32,000 nucleotides of DNA from NCBI RefSeq assembly GCF_043950625.1, contig NZ_CP171007.1. The stretch is one strand, 5' to 3'. Numbering within the stretch: the first letter of the stretch is position 1; the number at the start of each line of letters is the position of its first letter. Position numbers and translations under genes: made by a program. This document shows positions 19,061-26,214 of the stretch, piece by piece. The notes below the pieces were generated by a model that did not search any database, was not told where the DNA came from, and worked only from the letters and a program-made list of their open reading frames with translations. The stretch is from Alkanindiges sp. WGS2144. Lineage in GTDB: Bacteria; Pseudomonadota; Gammaproteobacteria; Pseudomonadales; Moraxellaceae.

Positions 19061-20007
19061 GCAGCCTCCTCATGCTCAGTATGGTCACTGGGCGGTTCAA
19101 GCTGGATAAACGCATCATGCTCAAAAGCAACCTGATCACCCATACTCTTAAAGGCCAGATCCAGTGCCTGACGCATTTCTTTGAGATACAGAGGGTTGCT
19201 GTCCAACTGCTTGCGCAGGTCATTTAAATCATGTGCATCCTGCGCTGCCATACATTCGTTACGGTAGATCTCTAGCTCCTGCATGGCAGTGGCCTGTGCT
19301 TCACTCAGATTATTGATATGACTTTTGGCCTGTTCAATAATATCGGCCAGTGCAGCTGAATTTGTCTCCAGACCAGCCAGAGTTATATTACCTATCGCGC
19401 CGGAATCCTTGGCGTGATGCGATGTAGAAGGGGAAAAGTTGAGCGAGGTTTCCACACCCTGATCACCCTGAATAGTGGTCATATAACCCATCATATCGGC
19501 CACTTTATAGGCTTCTTTCTTGCTGCCGCCAACCATATCAGGCCGGATAATCAGCTCATCGCCCTTTTTGTCCTCGGTGGCATGTGCCAGCAAAATGACA
19601 TCTTTGCCAAAAGAACGAATCAGGTTAAGCCAACTACTAAAACGTTTGTTTAAAGCACCATAGCCCTGAATAGATAATTCCTTGCTATTTTTTCGGCAGT
19701 TTTTCTGATCCTTCACCAGATCATTAATAATGACATCCAGCATGCGGCCAGCTGTATCGATAATGATAGTATCGTAGCCTTGCAGATCCTCAGCATTGAT
19801 TGTCGCAACATCGGCCCAGCAGCTTACAGGTACAGTATCCTTGCGAAATTTGCCTGCCCGGTGTGCACCACGATCAAAATCAAATAAAATGGGATTGGAA
19901 GCGCTAAAGGCTAATGAGGTTTTTCCGATACCAGGATCACCATAAATAAATACAATAAGGTTTTCCACGCGCATGGGTTGTGCTGCGGTTACAATATTTA
20001 ACGCCAT
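19057..20007 (-). CDS. AAA_24 / Sak4-like RecA-fold ATPase (phage) with extended acidic helical C-terminus
   Basis: Walker A IYGDPGIGKTSLA, FDFDRGAHR, Walker B DTIIIDTAGRMLD, with the architecture typical of the phage Sak4/AAA_24 family. About 100 additional C-terminal residues. SD GAGGAG lies 10 nt upstream. Confidence 0.75.
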   Translation of the reverse strand: MALNIVTAAQPMRVENLIVFIYGDPGIGKTSLAFSASNPILFDFDRGAHRAGKFRKDTVPVSCWADVATINAEDLQGYDTIIIDTAGRMLDVIINDLVKDQKNCRKNSKELSIQGYGALNKRFSSWLNLIRSFGKDVILLAHATEDKKGDELIIRPDMVGGSKKEAYKVADMMGYMTTIQGDQGVETSLNFSPSTSHHAKDSGAIGNITLAGLETNSAALADIIEQAKSHINNLSEAQATAMQELEIYRNECMAAQDAHDLNDLRKQLDSNPLYLKEMRQALDLAFKSMGDQVAFEHDAFIQLEPPSDHTEHEEAA

Positions 20008-20126
20008 TTTTCTGCTACTCCTCAGACTCAGGCATGTATCTCAATAATGTCTTCAAAGCCCGCTGACTTTTCTAAAAAAGAACTGCTTTGATTTCTAATC
20101 TTTGGTTTAAATAATGATCAGATTGA

Positions 20127-20154
20127 GTAATATAGATGGCGTTTATTTGGTCAA
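20127..20154 (-). promoter_or_regulatory. Candidate sigma70 promoter for the leftward phage-like operon
   Basis: On the minus strand, TTGACC (20154-20149), a 16-nt spacer, then TATTAC (20132-20127), about 120 nt upstream of ATG 20007. Sequence match only. Confidence 0.25.
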
Positions 20155-20290
20155 ATTCAAGATATTTCTTAGGTTCTTGAACAATATTCTTTATTAATTA
20201 AAGTATTAAAAATCAACGAATTAAATATAGTGTAAAAGTGGTTGGGTTATTCTGGCGTCATTTTATGTCGCTAAGTATTTTTCGGCACTT

Positions 20291-20320
20291 TTGAAAAAAC
20301 TCATTGCTCAGGTTTATAAA
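20291..20320 (+). promoter_or_regulatory. Candidate sigma70 promoter for the rightward small-ORF pair
   Basis: TTGAAA (20291-20296), a 17-nt spacer, then TTATAA (20314-20319); alternatively an 18-nt spacer and TATAAA. About 150 nt upstream of ATG 20470. Sequence match only. Confidence 0.3.
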
Positions 20321-20469
20321 AATTTACCTGTTTTACATGAAATGACCGAGTTTTATATAAAGTCTTTATTTTGAAGCGTTTCCCTAACACAAGCTGCGCT
20401 TTAATTAATTAGACTGTGTTAAGGGTAGAGAGAGTTAAACCAGCTAACAATCTAAGAGTGGAGTAAGTA

Positions 20470-20694
20470 ATGACTACCAATTCCAGTATAAATAAAGCGA
20501 ATCAAAGTCAGGCAGCAGGAGACAATAACTTGCCCAGGCATCCACAGCCTAATCAACCTCAAACAGAGGGTGAGCGCCGTCAACAATTGCAGGAGGCTCA
20601 TCTGGAAAATCAGGATGCCAGCGTGAAATTACCTGAACAACAGCAAAATCTTAACCCGGAACATAAAGAAATGGGGGATACAAACAATAAATAG
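20470..20694 (+). CDS. Hypothetical 74-aa Gln/Asn/Glu/Pro-rich, probably disordered protein
   Basis: GGAG 6 nt upstream of the ATG. No hydrophobic core, no recognisable domain, and low-complexity composition, so coding status is uncertain. Confidence 0.4.
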   Translation: MTTNSSINKANQSQAAGDNNLPRHPQPNQPQTEGERRQQLQEAHLENQDASVKLPEQQQNLNPEHKEMGDTNNK

Positions 20695-20723
20695 TGGTTA
20701 GTTGATTAAAAAACAGGAAGCAG

Positions 20724-20984
20724 ATGATGCGTGAATTATTGGTGGTTAAGCTGCAAAGCGGGCAGGAGGTCGTTTTTGAGGGCACAATGATTCATGGTAA
20801 TCCTATTGCTATTCATGGGATGTTCTTGCTTAGTCAGCCATGTGATATTTGTTTAAACCCACATAAGAAAATTGATAGCGTGTTCCAGTTAAGATGTGAT
20901 ACCAGACGATACGCTTATGTTTTTGATAGCGGGAGTGAGGTACTCTTGGGTCAGATTCGGTATATAGAGATACAATCGGACTAA
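20724..20984 (+). CDS. Hypothetical 86-aa protein (beta-rich, no recognised family)
   Basis: AGGAAG upstream of tandem ATG ATG, 29 nt after the previous stop. Globular-looking composition (LLVVKLQSGQEVVFEGTMIHG...). Confidence 0.5.
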   Translation: MMRELLVVKLQSGQEVVFEGTMIHGNPIAIHGMFLLSQPCDICLNPHKKIDSVFQLRCDTRRYAYVFDSGSEVLLGQIRYIEIQSD

Positions 20985-21111
20985 GGTTTTAAGTTGCTAA
21001 AAAATAATATCTGGAAAAGATTTGAGAGATCTACAAATTGGCTACAAAACCAATGATAGATATTTATGCAAGTTTGATGTAAATACAATCGATTGTTTTT
21101 ATTGGCTATTT

Positions 21112-21198
21112 TGGTCCCGGGGGTCGGACTCGAACCGACACGTCATTTCTGACAGTGGATTTTGAGTCCACCGCGTCTACCAATTTCACCACCCCGGG
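21112..21198 (-). tRNA. tRNA-Leu (anticodon CAA), class II with long variable arm, CCA encoded
   Basis: Hand-folded cloverleaf of 87 nt. Acceptor CCCGGGG/CCCCGGG; U8; D stem GUG/CGC with a D-loop containing GG; anticodon stem GUGGA/UCCAC with loop CUCAAAA; variable arm GUCA-GAAA-UGAC; T arm GUCGG-UUCGAGU-CCGAC; discriminator A73; CCA. Confidence 0.9.
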
Positions 21199-21219
21199 CA
21201 AGAGTAGTTAAGGGTTGTT

Positions 21220-21247
21220 ATCTTATAGTTCTCAAAATTATTGTCAA
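21220..21247 (-). promoter_or_regulatory. Candidate sigma70 promoter of tRNA-Leu
   Basis: On the minus strand, TTGACA (21247-21242), a 16-nt spacer, then TAAGAT (21225-21220), about 20 nt upstream of the mature tRNA 5' end. Sequence match only. Confidence 0.3.
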
Positions 21248-21338
21248 GCAGGAATAACCGGATTTTAAACTGTCTGATTAGTTTTTGATATTTTAATCCG
21301 CTATAATTTGCCCTTCATTTTGGCTGTACCATGTGCAC

Positions 21339-22376
21339 ATGCAATTATCTGATTTTTCCTATCAACTTCCGGACGAGCTGATTGCCCGTTATCCCTTGCC
21401 TACGCGCAGTGCCTCACGCTTGCTGCATTTAAATGCACAGGGCCAAACTAATGACGGTACGATCAGGCAGTTACCGGATTTGCTACAGCCAGGTGATTTA
21501 CTGGTGCTAAATGATACCCGGGTAATTAAGGCGCGATTACATGGCAAACGGTTAAGTGGCGGGGCGGTAGAGGTATTGGTCGAGCGTATCACTAACGAGA
21601 ATACTGCCTTGGCTCATGTTAAAGCCAGTAATGCACCCAAGGCCGGAACTATGTTGTATTTAGCCAATGGCCAGCTAGAGGTTGAAGTGTTAGGCCGACA
21701 ACACAATCTGTTCGCATTGCAGTTTAACCAGCCAGTATTGGTGGCGCTAGAACAGTTTGGTGCATTACCCATCCCGCCTTATTTTAACCGGACAGCCGAT
21801 GCAGCCGATGACGAGCGCTACCAAACTATCTTTTACGATCCTAATAAAGCGGCCAGCGTTGCCGCACCAACCGCTAGCCTGCATTTTGATGATGAATTAT
21901 TAAATGCATTGGAACAAAAAGGTGTTCAAAAGACCTTTGTTACCCTGCATGTGGGCGCAGGGACGTTTCAGCCGGTACGTACTGATGATATTAAAGAACA
22001 TGTAATGCATAGCGAATGGGGCGAAGTACCACAAGGTACGGTTGATTTAATTGAGCAAACCAAAGCGGCTGGTAAAAAAGTAATTGCGGTTGGTACCACG
22101 GCAACCCGTGCGCTGGAAAGTGCCGCCAAAGCCAATAATGGCACGGTAAAGATATGGTCAGGGGAAACGGATATTTTTATTTATCCAGGTTATGAATTTA
22201 AAGTAATTGATCATTTACTGACCAATTTTCATTTGCCAGAATCTACGTTATTGATGCTGGTGTCAGCCTTGGCTGGCCGCGAAAATGTTTTAAAAGCTTA
22301 TCAGCATGCTATCGAGGAAAAATACCGGTTCTTTAGTTATGGCGATGCGATGCTAGTTGATCGTAAGGCTGATTGA
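21339..22376 (+). CDS. queA: S-adenosylmethionine:tRNA ribosyltransferase-isomerase
   Basis: [19 protein letters not shown] aligns with E. coli MRVTDFSFELPESLIAHYP. Also [38 protein letters not shown] and [12 protein letters not shown]. Start trimmed to ATG 21339. Confidence 0.95.
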   Translation: MQLSDFSYQLPDELIARYPLPTRSASRLLHLNAQGQTNDGTIRQLPDLLQPGDLLVLNDTRVIKARLHGKRLSGGAVEVLVERITNENTALAHVKASNAPKAGTMLYLANGQLEVEVLGRQHNLFALQFNQPVLVALEQFGALPIPPYFNRTADAADDERYQTIFYDPNKAASVAAPTASLHFDDELLNALEQKGVQKTFVTLHVGAGTFQPVRTDDIKEHVMHSEWGEVPQGTVDLIEQTKAAGKKVIAVGTTATRALESAAKANNGTVKIWSGETDIFIYPGYEFKVIDHLLTNFHLPESTLLMLVSALAGRENVLKAYQHAIEEKYRFFSYGDAMLVDRKAD

Positions 22377-22498
22377 TTACCAAACTGACTATTTATAAAA
22401 ACTGGCGTAAGGTCACTTAATCGACGACAATACGCCTGCTTTTTTCTGCTGTTTTATCTTTATCAATTTACCAATCGGTGAACTGTTTTTTCGCTTAG

Positions 22499-23638
<1,140 letters not shown>

Positions 23639-23746
23639 GAAAATAGAGTTTGGTAAGTTCCCTGCTTACCATCTCTGGAGTTTAGTTTCTATGAAATTGG
23701 CTTTTTTAATTCATCTGCCGGTCACTGAGCAATAGATATTGACTTG

Positions 23747-23797
23747 GCCACTTTGCGAGCTTAACAGTTGATCAAGTAAAGTGGCTTGCTTATTTTT
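23747..23797 (+). terminator. Possible tgt terminator (long-loop hairpin plus T-rich tract)
   Basis: 8-bp stem GCCACTTT (23747-23754) / AAAGTGGC (23778-23785) with a 23-nt loop, followed by TTGCTTATTTTT. An earlier 7-bp hairpin (23651-23671) lacks a U-run. Confidence 0.35.
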
Positions 23798-24002
23798 CCT
23801 CAACAGCTATCATTCAATATTACTAAAATCATCGTATAATTATCTCTGTTCACTTTGCTCTACTCATTCTGAATGGATTATAAATTTCTTGCAGTTTTAT
23901 ATATCTTTCATATAAAAAATGTTAAGCTTCTCGATTACTAAGGAAAGTAGAACAAGACGTAGACACTACGCAAGTTAGATAAACCAGTTTGAGGATGTTG
24001 GA

Positions 24003-25229
24003 ATGGTCGAAGCAGAGCTGCCAGGCAATGAGCTGGAGCGTGTTCAGGTGCTGCAAACATATAGCATCATGGATACAGACGAGGAAGCATGTTTTAATGA
24101 TCTGGTTCAATTGGCAGCCAGGATCTGTGGTGCCCCTATTGCCGTTATTAGCTTGCTGGATCGTGAGCGTAGCTGGTTTAAGTCATCCTATGGTCTACCA
24201 CGCGGTGAGGTAGAGCGAAGGCTCAGTATTTGCAGCCATGCTATTTTACAGCCTGAAATATTTATTGTTGAAGACACTCATCAGGACCAGCGATTTGCTG
24301 ATAACCCCGTCGTTAATGGCGATCTAAATATTCGCTTTTATGCAGGTGCGCCACTTAAAACTGCGTGTGGTCATCAGCTAGGCACCTTATGTATTCTGGA
24401 TTCTAAGCCCCGCTCACTGGATGCTGATCAGCTAGACGCTTTACGTATTCTGGCGCATCAGGTCATGGCGCATCTGGAGCTGCGAAAATCCTATCAGGCC
24501 ATTCAGCTGGCTAATGAAAAGCTTAGAGAAATTAACGCCAGCAAGGATAAGTTTTTCTCTATTATCGCGCATGATTTGCGTGCGCCGTTTCATGGTATTT
24601 TGGGTTTTTCAGAGGTGCTGGAAACCGAAATTGAAGAGCTGGATGAAAAAGGCATTCGTGATATTGCAGGTTACCTGCGTAGCACCGCACATGCCACCTT
24701 TCGCCTGCTAGAAAACCTGTTGCAGTGGGCAATGTCCGAGGGTGGAGCTATTGTCTACAAGCCGCAGGAAGTGCATATTGAACAGGTATTTCAGGTTATT
24801 TTTGAAGTGCTGGGTGCCATGGCACAAAAAAAGAACGTGGCACTGCATAGCGATGTATCCCCTGAGTTAACTGTATTTGTTGACATTAATATGATCACCT
24901 CAGTGCTGCAAAACTTGTGCTCCAACGCATTGAAATTTACCCGCAGCGGTGGTCATGTCTATCTTTCTGCACAGGAAGTAGCTAACGAAGTGCAAATCAA
25001 GATAAGAGATACCGGTATAGGGATGAGCGAAGAGCAGATTCAGGACTTTTTTAACCGTCAACAGCCACGCAGTATTAAGGGCACGGATGGGGAAAAAGGC
25101 ACAGGGCTGGGCTTATTGCTATGTCGCCAGTTTGTAGAAAAGAACAATGGCAGGGTTCAAATTGAATCCAGGCCTAATGAAGGCACTACGTTTACTATTA
25201 GCATTCCGGTAGGGCCAGTGGCTTCGTAA
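24003..25229 (+). CDS. Soluble GAF-domain sensor histidine kinase (orphan)
   Basis: N-terminal GAF-like region (ERVQVLQTYSIMDT...FYAGAPL...LGTLCILD), H-box FFSIIAHDLRAPF, N-box NLCSNALKFT, G1 IRDTGIGM and G2 GTGLGLLL. No TM segment and no adjacent response regulator. Confidence 0.85.
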   Translation: MVEAELPGNELERVQVLQTYSIMDTDEEACFNDLVQLAARICGAPIAVISLLDRERSWFKSSYGLPRGEVERRLSICSHAILQPEIFIVEDTHQDQRFADNPVVNGDLNIRFYAGAPLKTACGHQLGTLCILDSKPRSLDADQLDALRILAHQVMAHLELRKSYQAIQLANEKLREINASKDKFFSIIAHDLRAPFHGILGFSEVLETEIEELDEKGIRDIAGYLRSTAHATFRLLENLLQWAMSEGGAIVYKPQEVHIEQVFQVIFEVLGAMAQKKNVALHSDVSPELTVFVDINMITSVLQNLCSNALKFTRSGGHVYLSAQEVANEVQIKIRDTGIGMSEEQIQDFFNRQQPRSIKGTDGEKGTGLGLLLCRQFVEKNNGRVQIESRPNEGTTFTISIPVGPVAS

Positions 25230-25254
25230 TCAAAGCCATTGAATAGTTGCTATT

Positions 25255-25294
25255 AAAAAAGGCATTATCCCCTGGTTGTGGTAATGCCTTTTTT
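25255..25294. terminator. Bidirectional terminator between the histidine kinase and SIMPL genes
   Basis: A-run 25255-25260, stem GGCATTA (25261-25267) / TAATGCC (25282-25288), T-run 25289-25294. Confidence 0.7.
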
Positions 25295-25317
25295 GTGTGC
25301 AGACAGTGACAGGCAGG

Positions 25318-26079
25318 TTATTGAATACCATAGTTGACTGTGACCACCACCCGTGCCACTTTATCAATGGTGCTGGTATTGTACTCTCCGCCATATTCAT
25401 CAGAGCCTGTAGATAAAGGTGCGTTGATTTGAAATACCCCCTGAGAGGCCGAGCGCATAGTACCTACTTTAACATCGCCGCTTTTGGCAAATTCCAGTGC
25501 ACGATCATGGGCGTTTTTGGTGGCGGCAGCAATTAAGGACAGTTTAATATCCTCAATATTTGACACCAGATACTGGGTTTCATTGCGCTCAACGTTAAGG
25601 CCTTTAATGATCATTTGATTGAGCAGGTTATTTAGTTTTTCTGGTACTGTCACATCAGTGAGTACCGCGCCCAGACGCTGCGATAAGGTATAGCCGACAA
25701 TCTGGCTCTCATAGCCTTCAGTGCGTTGATAAACCGGTTCAGTTGTCCAGTCATATTGCTGTAACTGGGCAGGTGTGAGCATTTTGGATGCTAAAAGCTG
25801 GCTTTTAACCTGACTAACTTGTTGTTGTAGCTGGGGCAGGGCATCCGCTACACTGCTGGCATAAGCTGTTACCCGGATGCTCCACAACGCTTTATCTGCT
25901 TTAACCGCTCTCTCGGCGGTGCCCTTTACCGTAATGCTTTCACGAGAGGTAGCCACCTGCTTGGCACTTTGTCCCAGTATAAAGGCAGCAATAATAAACC
26001 CCAGTGCTAGTAAAGTGCCTAATGTCAGCCAGGGCAGTAACGATGCGTTGCTCTCGTTGCTGGTTATCTTGTCATGCAT
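25318..26079 (-). CDS. SIMPL (DUF541) domain protein, membrane-anchored/periplasmic
   Basis: N-terminal TM anchor (LLPWLTLGTLLALGFIIAAFIL), then ITVKGTAERAVKADKALWSIRV... and a C-terminal ...VARVVVTVNYGIQ pattern typical of SIMPL/26-kDa periplasmic immunogenic protein family members. Confidence 0.75.
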   Translation of the reverse strand: MHDKITSNESNASLLPWLTLGTLLALGFIIAAFILGQSAKQVATSRESITVKGTAERAVKADKALWSIRVTAYASSVADALPQLQQQVSQVKSQLLASKMLTPAQLQQYDWTTEPVYQRTEGYESQIVGYTLSQRLGAVLTDVTVPEKLNNLLNQMIIKGLNVERNETQYLVSNIEDIKLSLIAAATKNAHDRALEFAKSGDVKVGTMRSASQGVFQINAPLSTGSDEYGGEYNTSTIDKVARVVVTVNYGIQ

Positions 26080-26214
26080 AAATTTTCCTGTGTGTTATTT
26101 GAATATGGCTTTTATTGCTTATCATACTCATTTAATCCAGAAGTTGTATTCAGCTTTTGTAGTTTTAGCGCCTTTAGATGGCGCAACAATTCATACCATT
26201 GCAAGAGGCGGATT

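Larger units (their letters stand above)
16748..21111. mobile_element. Phage-derived island / degraded prophage remnant (early recombination module only) abutting the 3' end of tRNA-Leu
   Basis: A cluster of phage-family genes (AAA_24, PD-(D/E)XK, DUF1367, ERF) sits between core genes lon and tRNA-Leu/queA. It lies on the 3' side of the tRNA and has an AT-rich divergent control region. No integrase, att repeat, structural or lysis genes were found. The left boundary is uncertain and could extend to about 16350. Confidence 0.55.

Noticed and set aside
18404-20007. The ATPase plus PD-(D/E)XK nuclease pair considered as a two-gene anti-phage defence system.
   Set aside because: The ATPase has AAA_24/Sak4 hallmarks rather than those of defence ATPases I know (ABC/OLD/AAA_15/21-like). 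The pair is embedded with ERF and DUF1367 in a classic phage early-gene context, so a recombination module is the more parsimonious reading. It is kept only as a flagged alternative in the findings.
26074-26214. N-terminal extensions proposed by the ORF track for glnE (26074), adk (7538), gdhA (9928), lon (16348), the lipoprotein (12279) and the secreted protein (5528).
   Set aside because: The extensions have no counterpart in well-known homologs, and some overlap the divergent neighbouring gene. Internal starts have well-spaced SD sequences and give canonical N-termini or signal peptides.
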